A stretch of DNA of 64,000 bases from Monocercomonoides exilis PA203 (Eukaryota > Protista > Preaxostyla): positions 248,001 to 312,000 of the forward strand of contig LSRY02000027.1 in assembly GCA_001643675.2 (NCBI GenBank), given 5' to 3'. Numbering within the stretch: position 1 is the first letter of the stretch; each line of letters begins with the position of its first letter. Below are positions 35,273 through 48,700 of this stretch, piece by piece. The position numbers and the translations under genes are program-made. Under the pieces are notes generated by a model that worked only from the letters and a program-made list of their open reading frames with translations, ran no database searches and was not told the origin of the DNA.

Positions 35273-38200
35273 TCACTCAAGAAGAGCCGAGCGAATGTAG
35301 CTCTTACGAAACGGATGGCAATACAACTGCACAACACCATCAGCGCCAGCAGTGGCCAAAACAGGCAATGCAGGATGCATCAATATTGTTGTGATTCCTT
35401 CATCAAAGATTGGACGATGACTTGTGCTCTGCACGAACAGTGGAAATGAAATAGTTGATATATCAATGGAAATAATAAAAAATAAAATAAAATAAATAAA
35501 ATAAATAAATTATGATTTATGATGCAAATTAATAATGCTCCATACAAAAGACATGAATGGCTGAGACAGATTGCGCCTGTCCCAGATACGCACAGTGCAA
35601 TCGTTACCGGCAGTGAAAAAGACCAAAGAAGACGTCGAATAACACGCAGAAGTCACAACGGAGCGTGTTTGAGCTGAAGAAGAGGAAGAAGAGGAAGAGG
35701 AAGAATTTGAACAAGAAAGATAACCCTCGCTTTGTTGCAGCACATCAACAGCAGCACGAATGGAGTGTGCATTTCTGATGGTGTTTGTGACTGAGCATGT
35801 GGATGGATCGATCAGATAGACAGAGCCATCCAATGAAGAGGCAATGAATGGAGCAGATGAACTGTGTAAAGACGTGGGTGGTGTCAATGACAGAATTCGA
35901 GAGGTGAAATGGAACAGACTTGATTGCTGGTGAAAACAGGGAAAAAATTAAAGAGAAGGAAAAGATTGCGATGAAGAATTACAATAAGAAGAGTATTTTT
36001 TTATTAAAAATAAACATATAATAATTCAAATGGAAAAATACAAATATCAAAATAACAGTCAAAAACATTCAAATAAATATGTATCAACAAAATAATAATA
36101 ATAATAATAACACAGAGAATTATTTCTCTTCCCTCACACACCTCCATATTCGCTGTGGATGTGTGGCAGAGCTGTCTTCCTGCCACCACATCGAAGAAGC
36201 AGACATCACCTGACACAAACCCAGCCACAACACGTGTTGTCAGCAGAGGATGGAAGAAAGCAGTGATTGGAGTATCCAGAAGAATGCTATCAGAAGAAGA
36301 AGAAGAAGAGGAGGAGGAGGAGGAAGGGGAGAGGGGAGAAAAGAGAGAGTGAGAAGGAGAATGAGTGAATGAGCAGATTTCGCCAACATACGATTGTGAA
36401 GAAGGAGATGATGCAGTTGGAGACCCACTGAAGGAGAAAGAAGAAGAAGAAGAAGAAGAAGTGATGGAGGAAGAACGCTGAGCCAATGAAGATGTCAAAC
36501 TGCCAGTGGCAGCAGCAGAAGAAGAACCAGAAAGAGAAGGAGAAGAGGAAGAGGATGAAGAGGAAGATACATTTGACTGATAAGGCTGTGCAGAGAAAGG
36601 AGCCTTGCCAGACACTCGCCACACTCTCACTGTGTCATCTGCTGAAGAAGATACAATAAGTGTTGACTGAGCAGTAAATGAAGACAAGGAAGAAGCAGCA
36701 GAACGAACAGAAGAGGAAGAGGAGGAAGAAGAAGAAGAAGAAGTACCATACCCAGAAGATGACATATCAAACGATCCAGACATGCTACCTCCTCCTCCTC
36801 CTCCTCCGTCTCTCTTCTCTGCAATGGAATACACAACATCTCTATGCCCCCTCAGCTCATACAGCTTCAGCGGAGAGAGGCAGCCGTGTGCGTCTGTGAT
36901 GCAGTACTTCGGGTCAGGCAGCGCATAGATGCGGATCACCCCATCCTCTCCTCCCTGTGCTAAACACCCCAATGTCTTTGTCTTGCCAGAAGAAGAAGAT
37001 GATGACGATGATGATGAAACAGACGAGGTTTCGCTGTTGTTAATGCCAGATGAAGATCTTCTGCTGCTTCTGTCGTCGCCTCTTCCACTTCTGCTGTAAT
37101 CTCCACTCTGACTGCCACTCCCACTTCTTTCTCTTTCTCTTTCTCTCTCTCTCTCTCTCTTCTCATCTGCTGCTGTCACAAGGGAAGGGAGAAAAGTTGA
37201 GCAGAACACTCCGTTTCGTGGGCGCCTGCGGAATGAAGAAGAGAAAGAAGAGAAAGAAGATGAATTAGATGAATTCGAAGAGAAAGTGGATATAACATGA
37301 AGTGGCATAGGTGAAGGTGATGCATTCGATGAAGAGGAAGAGGAAGAGGAAGAGGAAGAAGGAAATACAGGGGCACTCAGAACAGATGAAGGAACAAAAG
37401 GGAAGGAAGATGATTGTTGTCCATTGAGAATAGGAGTGAATGTGTGTGATGAAGTGCTCTTTGACTGATAAGACATTGCAATTGGTGGCTTTGCAGCAGA
37501 TGCATAGGCAATCGAATAAGAGGGACGGAACATCGCAACTGGCTCTATTGCTTCTTTTCTGCTGGCAGCTGAAAAGGAAGAAGAGGAGGAGAAGGAGGAA
37601 GATGATGATGATGAGCGCTGAGAAGAAGAAAGTGACGGAGAGTTTGAGGAAGACATATCAGAATCAGATTTGTGTGCTCGTGAAGCAGCGCGTGTGGTGC
37701 TTGTGATGTCGCACAGAGAAGAAGTGCCGTCTTGTGAGGAGATGAGAAGGAGGAGGGCGTTTGGGTGGAATGAAAGGTATCTGATGGACGAGAGGTGATA
37801 TCCGATGGACGCAGAGGAGAAGAGCAGCTGTGGTGTTTGAGTGACCAGAAAGTCGGCAAAGGCAGACGGAGAAGCGGAAGACGAAGGAGCCTTCTGCAAC
37901 ACAGAGAAGGGGATTCCGACTTCAGATGAGGTGTTCTTTTCGGCTGCTGTGAGGAGGAGAGAATAGCTGTCAGATGAGGAAGAAGGAGAAGATGAAGAAG
38001 ATGAGGTAGATGGGGTAGATGAAGAAGGCATTGAAGAAGACGATGTGAGTGCTGATGAAGTGGAGGTGGCAGTTGAAGAAGCATTTGCTATAAGAGTTTG
38101 TTGTTTGGAGGAATCAATTGTGTTTGTTTTACTTTTGACTGTTGATTCTGAAGTCGATGTTTCAGATGACAAAGCATTGCTATCCAATTGATGAGCAGAT

Positions 38201-39642
38201 GGAGGCGAAGTGAGTGTGGAGTTGTTTGGGGATGTTGGTGGAGGAGCGGAAGGAGGAGGCGCTTTTGATAGTGCAGAAGGGGAAGAAGGAGAGTGGGGGA
38301 CTGGAGAAGAAGGCTGAGGCACAGAAGATTTTGGAGGTGATATAAGAGATGACTGCAGATATGAGGAAGAAGAATCCAATCGAATATACTCAGGCAAATC
38401 AAAGGGCACTGACGATGCATTGGCAATGCGAGGTGGGATTGAATTGTTGATGGAGAAAGCAGAGGCAGAGGATGGCTGGTGAATTGGTTGAGCTGATGAG
38501 GTGGATGAAGAAGTGTCTGTAAGATTCTGTGATGAAGAAGTTGTGGAGTCGTTAGATGAAGGTGAGGTATTGCTTAACGAAAAGACTTTCGAAGCATTCG
38601 AAGAAGGAAGATTGGCAATAAGAGGAGGCTGTGGAATTGGATCGGTTGCCGATGAAGATGAAGATGAAGAAATTGAATCAGCATGTGAAGCAATTGGAGT
38701 GCTCAATTGTTGAGAAATGTTTTGTGATAAAACGGTTGAAGAAGTGCTTGGCGACGATGCCATATCACTCGAACAGCCAATAAGGGAAGGATTTGTTTTT
38801 GTTTGAGAAGCAGCTATCTGCGAAGATGTTTCTTGGGTTTTTGAAATTAGCGGGGATATAACCGGTATGTTTATTGTGAAATTAGTTATAGTTTGCTGCG
38901 AAGAATCTTTATCAGAAATGTTAAAACGGTCAAATGCTTTGGTATCTAATAAAAGCTTTTGTTCAGCATAAACTCGTTCTTGACCATAAATAGGTACCAG
39001 TGCATTTTCAAGTATGTTGGAAAAGAGTGCAAGTGCATGAGCGCGAGCAGCTAATGGAGGAAATTTTAGAGAAAGAAAATAACTTTAAAAATTTACGTAT
39101 GACATGAAGAGCATTATCAAAATAAAAAAACATCATACTTCAACAAGGAATCGAGCAGCTCGGAAAATAATGGCATTCGATTTTCCGAATAAAGATTGTC
39201 AGATTTTTGCCTTCAAAAAAGAAAACAGTTTCAGAAAAGAAAATCAAATAAATATGCATCATGAAATCAATAAATAAGTGAATAATCAATAATACTGTTG
39301 TAATGTTAATGCGGTTTTCAATGACATAACAGTGTCAGAATGAATTTGTGTTTGTTCATCCAATTGAATTTTCAGCTTTTTCACTGTTCCTTTAAGAATC
39401 TAATAAATATATGATATAAAAAATTAAATAATAATATTAAAACGAGTATTTTAGCAATAAAATAAATTAATTATAAATGCTAAAAATAAAAGTAATTAAC
39501 TTACTTCATTATCGTTATGAAGCAATTTATTTTTCTGAACTTCCAATTCATAAACGCGTTTTGCCTCATATGATAAGCTTGCTAAGTGATCAAAAGTTGA
39601 ATACCCAACTGGAGCTCCAAATTGGCCTTTTCCCACAAACAT
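35273..39642 (-). CDS. Striatin-like WD40 protein (N-terminal coiled coil, Ser-rich linker, WD40 C-terminus), multi-exon
   Basis: WD motifs GHRDVV..SSSADDTVRVW and TAGNDCTVRIWD. The last exon STSHRPIFDEGITTILMHPALPVLATAGADGVVQLY resembles the striatin terminal repeat (xHRxxFxE.I....HP.....AGAD). Coiled-coil N-terminal exons. Confidence 0.65.
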
Positions 39643-39731
39643 AAAAAATAAAATATATTATATAACCTCCTGATCAATGAATTCGTCAAAAAATATCAGT
39701 ATGGTTAGGAGCTGATCAAGAGCTTTTACTG

Positions 39732-42700
39732 ATGTCCCTGAGGTTGCCCTTCGTTGTTTGGACAGGGGTTCCATCGTGCTCTATAAATAAAACTTATGTA
39801 GATCCATCTTCATCGATTTGCATCGCTGGAACAGAGACGGGAATGTGCGTGAAATGGAAAACTAATACATTTGAACAAAGAGATGGGGCTTTGCTTGCTC
39901 AGTGGACGATGGTTCCTTCTTCTTGCTCAAAGGTCCTTTCAATCACTTCGATACAGAAAGGCGAACTTCTCTTTCTTATTTCAGGTCTTTTTTTTATTTT
40001 TTGTAATTTGACAAATATTCTCGAATTAAAATTTGCAAACAATTCACAGCCTTTGAAAATAGTGACATTTACGTTTGGAATCTCAATGATGGATCTTTAT
40101 ATGGATCATTCACGTTTCCTGGTTTGAAAATGGATTTTTTTGGAAATTTTTACATTTCAAATTAATTATTTCAAAAAAATTTTTAAGCTGGAAAAGTTAC
40201 TCAGATGCTCGCTATAACTGAAACAAGTGTTGCCATGATTGGAGATTTTACAGAAATTTACATTTGGAAGCCAGCAAGTTTTGTCATTACCCATGCATGT
40301 ACAGGCCACTCACGTCAAGTCTGTGGAATTGAAGTTATGACGATAAAAGATAAGCAATGTTTGCATCTAAAAACTTTTTGATTTGAAGAAAAGATTATTT
40401 CGTTTCGATTTATTTTTTTTCTTAAATGCTTTTAAAACACAAGATCTTCAATCTTTTGGAATGGATGGAATCCTTTCATTTTATGATTTGAGTGATTTTT
40501 CAGATGAAGAGAAACCTCCAATATCTCCACAGTGGAGCCCAACAGAAGCAGGCCAAATGCCTTCTTCGATCGTGTCTCCATGCTTCTCCTTCTGCCTTCC
40601 TTTGCTGTATTTGAACACATATTCGATAGCGTTCAACAGATATCTGCGCAAGAAAACAGGAAATAAAGAAGACAAAGAATCATCATCTTTTCAGATTTTC
40701 CCGCTAAGCTTGGATCTTTCATCGTTGCTTTGCTCATCAGATATAAGCGCAAAGAGATCTCTGAATAAAGTTAAAAATACACCGACAAAAGACAGAACTC
40801 CTTCAAAAGCCCAAGGAAAAAGCCAAAAGAGCCAAGCCAAAAAATATCTGTTAAACGCTCGTTCTCCTCTGAGCCACCCAACTCCAGTGCACCCGGTGAT
40901 TGAGTCAGAGTTCAGCGAATCGAACTTGAATGTGCAGGAAATGGAACCGGAGCATGTGCCTCTTGCTCACTCATTGCAGTCACTTTCGGACTCAGACACA
41001 AACAGCAGAGAAGAAGAAGATTGCAGCAGCGGAGGAGAAAACAGTGGAGAAGAAAGCGATTCAATGATATTTCCAAGTGCTCATCCATCTGACATGAACG
41101 TGCCATCGCTGATGCCTAGAGGCTCATCTGCTACTCCTTCCTCTTCTTCATCTTCATCTTCATCTTTGCCTGAGTCTTCTTCCTCCTCCTCCTCTTATTC
41201 TTCTTCTCTTCAATCTGCGCCGTCTGTTGCAGATCTCAAACGCTCGCAATCGCAGATGCTTCGTTTGTCTTCAACAGGAAAACGCAACTCATCCAAAAGT
41301 TTGAGTTCTGAATCATCAACGTCTTCTTCATCTTCTTCTTTAACTTCATCTTTCAGTCCAAATTCTTCATTTTCAACTTCAAAAGGTTCATCGCTTTCTC
41401 AAAGCACACCTTCAAAAAGCAGCACACCAAGAAGCAAGAAAACGAGAAAAGCAACATATTTCTTCCACAAGCCTCAACATGCACCAGCCTCCTTTTTTGA
41501 AGGGAAGATTTCCTCATCAACAATTCCAGAGGAACAACTCTCGTCTTCTTATCCTCATTCATCTGCCCTGCCTTTCGTTGGCTTCTCTCTGATCGTCCAG
41601 AAGAGACACGCCATTCTCGTTGCCTTTGCCCCTTCTCCACCAGAATCACCTGTTTTCTCGTCTTCTCCAACACACTCGTATTCAAATCAGAGCTTTGTGA
41701 TTGTCCCTCTTCTGCTCATTCTTCCTCCTCAAAATCCATTCAATCCATCTGAAGAACAATCAACAGCATCACTTTCAGCAGCTGATGAAGATGCGAACAT
41801 TGTCAATGGAAATAAGAAGAAACAAAACAAAAAGACAAGATGGGAAGGTGGATTCATATTCACGCCAACTTATGTGTGTGTTGCACCTCCTGAATCATCA
41901 TCGTCGACTTCTTCTTCTTCTTCTTCTTCTCCATTGGAATCATCATCTTCTTCATCATCATCAGCAAAGCTGACAGTTTCATTTATTCTGTACACGACTG
42001 ACTCTCACTTCCATTTGTATTCAGCTGTTGTCTCACCAAAAGACAACACAAATTCAGATTCTTTTTCTTCTTCGTCACTTTCTTCTGCTTCTGCTTCTTC
42101 CTTTCAATCACTTTCTGATGCATCTGTAAGATATTACCCTTTCTTCAGCTCTTTTGAACAAAATTATTATTCATCTCAAACAAGCTCCTATTCTTCCTCT
42201 TCTCAATTGTTCCGCACTCACTCATTGAGTTCCAATGCATCGTCTCCTTCTTTTTTATCGCCTGAGTCATTTGTCACTTCTCTTCATCTTCTTAAACACT
42301 TTTCTCTCTCATCTTTGCTTGCTGATAACTCTTCCTCTTCCTCTTCCTCTTCCTCCTCCTCCTCCTCCTCCTCCTCCTCCTCCTCCTCCTCCTCCTCCTC
42401 CTCCTCCTCTGCTTCTTCTTCTTCTTCTTCTTCTTCTTCTTCTTCCACCTTCTCTTCTGTATCCTCTTCTTCCGTCTCCTTTGTGACTGATCCTGTGACA
42501 CTCACCCTTTGGCTGCAGAGAAAGCAGATGATGGCGAAATTAACAAACGTTCCATCAAAGCACAACAGAAACAAAGAATTCAACAGCATTCCTTCAAAAA
42601 GCAATGGAGAAAAAGAAGGAACAACAGAAATAACATTATCATCATCATCATCATCTTCTTCTTCTTCTTCGAGTGGAATAAGCACAGAAGATCTTTCAAC

Positions 42701-45700
42701 TGTTGTGGGCATTGTTTGTGGCTCTTCGCAAGGCGATGTCTATCGTCTGCTTGTGAATGGCGCTGCATATCGTGTTGAGTGCCACACAAAAGAAGACAGC
42801 AAAAAATCAGAAATTGAAACAGAAAAAGGCAAAGATGTGGTGACTCTGCTGCCAAACTCGTCTTTTGCTTCTTCTTTTCCTTCGATGCTCCATCCACACA
42901 CCTCAAACACCTCACAGTCTTCTCTTTCTTCCTTTTCGTCTTCTTCGTCTTATCTCCTGTCTCTCAAAGATCTTCCTTTCTTCCTCTTTTTCAACCCTCA
43001 GCGCCTTTCCTTCTCGCCTTATCCTCTGTTTGGTGCAAGTGAAGATGCATACTTACCATTTAGCAGGTTCTTTGCACTTCCAGATGACGAAGAAGAAAAT
43101 GATGAAGACGATGAAAACGACAAAGAAGCCAAAGAATTTGCAGAAGAAGGCAAAACAGACAGAAAAGGAAGGACAGAAAAGGAATCTGATTCCATTCAGA
43201 AGATTCTATTTGAATTGGATCAGAACAAAGCAAAACACGAACACTCCACTTTCTCGTTGATAAAGCCATCATCATTTTCATTGCACCAAATGAACTCTTT
43301 GGCACATCCAAGCTCAGATTCAAGCAGCATCATCACTTCGTCATCATCTTCTTCTTCCTCCTCCTCCTCCTCTTCTGCAACTGCATTCACAACATTCTCT
43401 CAGAATCTCAACAGATTCTTCGTCCAGCCACACACTTCAGCCAAACTGCAAGCTGTACCATTTCGATTTCTATTCATTCACGAACACATCCCACGCCACT
43501 TCTTCCACAGACACGTTCAAACAAACAAGAGGCTTCTCAGTCAGCACAACCAGAATCGGAGTCAGAAGCAGATTCAGATGAGGAAGAAAAAGAAGCACAA
43601 CATCCATCGCCACTCGTTTCTTCTGACTTCTCCCTTCTTCTCCTTCTTCACCCACCACACTCAGCATCTGCTCAGCCTGCCTGACACACATGCCACGCCG
43701 TATGTTGTCTCTCTCCTCGACAGCATGGGCACTGCTGACTCAACACTCGCTGTCACCTCCTTCCTCTTCCTCCAGCGCTTTCCTCACATCCTCCTTTTGG
43801 GCATCGTACAAAGACACACTCACAAGGGGACTCACAAAAAGGAGATGGATGAACAAAAATCACAAATACAGGCACAGACACCAACGTCGATGAAATCTCC
43901 ATTGCCAACATCTTCATCTTCATCTACGCCTTCTTCCTCTTCCTCTTCTTTTCAACGTCATTCCCAATCTCCTTCCTTTGCGTTGTGTGTGTTTGACATC
44001 CGCAACAACCGCATCATCCACACTTTCACCTACCACGACTCCCCCATCACACTCATTGCAGACCCTCCTCTTCATTATGCTGCTTCCCTCTCACACGACG
44101 AAGAGGACGAAAAAGAGACAGACAAAGAAAAAGGAGCAGAAGAGAAGGAGAAAGAAAGAGTGAACGAAGATGGCGAAGTCATCCCTGATTCAGAAGAGGC
44201 TCTTCATCGTATCTTCGGACGCCGCTCATCATCATCTTCTTCTTCTTCTCCATTCTTTGTTTCACCACATTTGTCATCATCCAGACACATCATTGATTCT
44301 CCATCTCTCAAAAATAGCAATCTGTCATCATCATCTGCTTCTTCTTCTCTTTCCTCTGATTCTCCTGATGCTCATCATCCTCGTCGTGAGGTGTCTATTC
44401 CTTCTGCCATTTCTTTGAGGTATCTTTTTGCGTCTGCCTCGTCTGATGGCGTTGTGACTGTCTATCGTCTCGACAGAATGATGGCAATATGCTCCATCCC
44501 TCCAATGATCTCTCCTACTCTGCCTCTTTCTTTCTCTCTCTCTTCTTCCCAAATGAATCCTCATTCTTCTTCTTCTTCTTCTTCTTCTTCTCTATTCACC
44601 TCAAATGCTGCTCCTGTTGGAAACCATGACCCATCCCATTATCAGTTCCAGCCCTTTTCAACAGACAGCAAAGCGGATGAGCTGATGTCTCCACACTTTG
44701 CATTGCCTGATGGAATGGATAGAATAACACCCAAACAGAAGATCCCCTCTCATCCTTCATCAAACCCTGTCTTCAACTCCTCAAAGCCAATGGTGCGTGC
44801 GCTGTTCTGGGAGACAAAGACGAAGATGCTGCTGATTGTGTATCAGATGCCCTTCCAGCCGCCTTCCCCGCAGCCTCCTCAAATCTTGTCTGTCTCCCCT
44901 ACACCTGAAGCCAAGTCTCTTCCAGAGACACCTGTTCCCTTTGTCCCTGCCCTCTCCTTCCACGACACACTCGAGTTGAGCATCCCTTCTGTCATGTCCT
45001 CCAACACATCCCCTATCTCCTCCTCTGATGCTCTCCCTTCTTCCTCCATCTCCTTCTTCTCCCACACTCGCAATCCAACCAATCCTTACTACTCCGAAAA
45101 GCCACTCACTTTCACTTCTGCCAACAACACTTCCACAAACACCTCTCCCATCATCTTTGCCCCTCATCCTTCGCAGTCACCTGCTTTGTCGCCTTCTCCC
45201 TCTCCTCTCCTCTCTCTCTCTCCATCTGAACTCCTCCCCACAAAAGTGCCTGTCTGCTGCATAACCATCTCTGGAAACCTAACACTCTCTTCTTTCGCTT
45301 CTTCCTCATTCACTTCGTCCACAGCACAAAACACTTCATTCTCTTCTTATTTCACTCCATTCACTCCACACTCACCAGCACATCTGACACACTCCTTTCC
45401 CCCTCTGCCTCTTCCTCCTTCTTTCCTCAGGAAGGGAAACACTTCATCATCTTCCTCTTCCTCTTCCTCTTCATATCATCCTTTTCCTCCATTTCCACAA
45501 TATGCTCTTTTGTCTCGTCCACTCGCATTCATCTTCGCTTCACCTCATTTTCTGCCTTCTGCTTTTGCTGATCCATTTTCTCTTTCTCTCTCCGCATCGT
45601 TCTACACACGCCTGGCAATGAAGAGGGCTGGTTTGGAGCATTACTCGTCTTTGAATGGTTTGTGTGCTGAAGAAGAAGACGAGGTGGCATCGAGAAACAC

Positions 45701-48700
45701 AGAACTGATACAAACTTCAGCTATTTTGCTGACTTCAATGAAAACAGAGGAAGATATGGAGAAAGAAAAGGAAAAGAAGCCAAAGAATGAAGAGAAGGCA
45801 AAGAAAGATGTATCTTTTCAGCAGTCATCAGATTCTGATTCATCAAACAAACAAATGAAAGAAAATCATCTTTCATCTGAACAAACATCGTCTCAAAGCA
45901 AATCCGATCAACAAAACGACAAACAGGTTTTCTCGTCCCAATCAACAAACACTCAGAAATTGCCCTCTTCCTCTTTGACTGCCCTTTCTCCACTCGAAGA
46001 CAAGCCCGCAAATTCCCTTTCGACCATTCCGACTGCAGCTTCTTCTCCTTTTCCTGTCTCTCCAATCCCAACGCCAATCTCCTCAGCGCCTGTGAATATT
46101 TCTGTTCCTTCTCGCAATCGCCTTCCTCCTGTGACCTTTCGCTTCATCAGCCGCAATGAATCTTCCATTCCTGAAGAAGACGAGTCCAAACCTGATGATG
46201 AGCCTGCCACAAAAGAAAAAGAAGAAAAATCTGCAAATTCTGTATTCATTCCTTACATCGCTGCTGACAGCACTGAAGAAAGCAACAAAGCAAAAAAGGA
46301 GAAGAAATCAACAAAAGAAGAGCAAAAGGAAAGAGAAAGAGAAAGAGAAGAAGAGGAGGAAGAAGAAGAAGATCCACAAAGCTCCTTTTCTCCTCGTCCC
46401 TCTCTCGTTCGCATTGGTGCCCATCGCTCAGCATCCTCCATTGTACAGCCATATGATTCCTCTCTCAGCTACTCCTCACCCAAATACCGCTTCCAGACTA
46501 ACACCTTCATTTCTCCCACTTCTGTGCCTGGATCACATATGGAGCAGACACCACAGTCATTTGCCACTCTTTCTCCTTATTCAGCCAATGTGTCTATTCA
46601 TCCAGAGAGAAAGAAAACTTCTACCACACCCACACTTCCCGAGTCCCCCACATACACAAATGATGCGCTGCCCAATAGCCAGCTTCCTCTCAATCATCAC
46701 CATCGTCGCCTCTCTTCTGTCCTTGCACCGCCTTCTTCGCCTCCTCTGCGCATATCACAGACACCTGACTATCTCTCTCAGCACAACACAGACCAATCAG
46801 AACATTATGTCCTTCCTTCTCCTCAGACACTCTCCACCTCATTCACTCTCTCACCTGCTGCTTCTCTTCAGTCCACACTCGGCACCACCCCTCTTCCCCG
46901 CTCTCCTTTCCAGCCTCTTTTCTCATCTTCTCCTCATCAGCACACACCAATGCAGACTCCACAGCACAATCTCTCTTATTCCTCTGTTTCTCAACTTGCT
47001 TCCACTTCTCCTTTTCCTTCTCGTTCTCCTCTTCGACCAGAACAAAACACACAGTTTTCTGGTTATGTTGTGTCTTCTTCGCCAACTCCTTCATATTTCG
47101 CATCTTCTTCTTCTTCCTCTTCCTCTTCCTCTTCATCGGCTGGAAGAATGCAGCTATCAGAAAACAAATCACAAGCCATTTTTTCAGCACTTCCCACTCC
47201 ACCCATTTCATTTCTGCCTCATTTCATCTCATTCTCCACATCATATTTCTCTTCCTCAGCTTCTGCCTCTTCCTGGAAGATTAGTTCTCTTCTTCCTTTT
47301 TCTTCTCTTTTCTCTCCTTTTTCATCTGGATCTCTTTACTCCTTCCTCAACCCCATTCAATCAAAACCTCCAATTCCTTCTCTTTCACTCAAACAACACA
47401 CCAAAAACTCTTCCTTCTATGCCAGCAATCACATGCACAACCACACATATCACCATCATCTGCCCTCTCTCGTCTCATCCACTCCGTTCCAACTCCCTTC
47501 TTCTCAGCGCACTCGCTTCACTCAGCTCTCCACTTCATCTTCTCTTTCCACTCTTCCCTTCAACATCCACTTCATTCGCTCTGGTCCTCCTTCTCTTCTC
47601 CAAGCCCTCCTCTCTCGTTTTACTCCCTCTGGCACAAGCTACTCTTCCTCCTCCATCCTCAAACACTTCCCTCACCACGGCAGAGACCACCTGGCACCTG
47701 TCATCCGCCCCGCTGTGTTCATCAGACGCGTCGAGAAGTATCTCCAGCTGCTCTGGCAGAAGTACGAACTCGAAAGAGATGAACACATACTGAAGGCTTC
47801 ATCTTCATCATCATCGTCGTCGTCTTCTTCTTCTTCACTTTCTTCTCTATCCTCATCTTCTTCTTCTTCTGGAACAACTCCATCTTCCTCTTCTTCATTT
47901 GGCTATTCACACAATCTGCATGTCACACCTCTTCCATCTCCTTCTCCTCAGTTTATGAAGCCACCTTCATCTCCAATGCTCCTTCCATCCCGTTCTCCTT
48001 CGCCCAATCCTCTTCTCTACAAGCCTTCCTCCCAACCTCACCCGTCTCCTCTCCTCCAATCCGCACAATTTCCTTATTCCAACTCTACTCCTCTATTTCC
48101 ATCGTCTGTTTTGTCAACAGCTGCTGCACCGATGGAGCTGAAAGGATCAGCATTTCCTCCTCTTCTTTTGTCTACCACTGCTCAGAATCAGTCAACATAC
48201 ACTCCAAAAAGACTCAACTCTCCAAGCCCATTCGCACCCAGTCCAATGCCTTCATTCTCTTCGTTCTCTTCTCAGCCTTCTGCTTCCATCTCTTCAGCCA
48301 CACAGCATCCTTCTTTTTCAGACGAGCTCTGTTCGCCTCAAACGCTCATAACCTTCCGCTTTGCCTTCACAACCGACCAGTTTGCGTTGTATCTGCCAAA
48401 GCCCCGTTCTTCTTCAGAAAGCGAAGGATTTCTGGCGCTGTCGACGAAAAGCAGCGATGTTTTGACTCCGCTTTTGGAGAACAACAGGCTGAGTGTGCAT
48501 CAGATGTGGAAGGAGACAGACGAGGAAAGAGTGTGGAGTGCAGACGAGGCACACCAGGAAGAGGTGGCAAAGGAGAAGATGGAAAAAGAGGAGAAGGAAG
48601 AGAGGGAGAGGAGAAAGAGGAAGAAGGAGAAGAAATTGAAAAGAAGATTGTCGCAGAGCTTCTATCTGGAGCAGAAGGATATGCCGCAAACATCTTCTTC

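Noticed and set aside
39665-39720. C/D-box snoRNA in the bidirectional spacer
   Set aside because: CTGA is present, but there is no convincing RUGAUGA box and the segment is too short.
46156-47793. 545-aa alternative-frame ORF inside the WDR7-like gene, and many antisense E/R/K-rich ORFs
   Set aside because: These are shadows of TCN-rich Ser/Pro coding sequence that lacks stops in other frames (poly-Leu, poly-Glu). They show no independent protein features.
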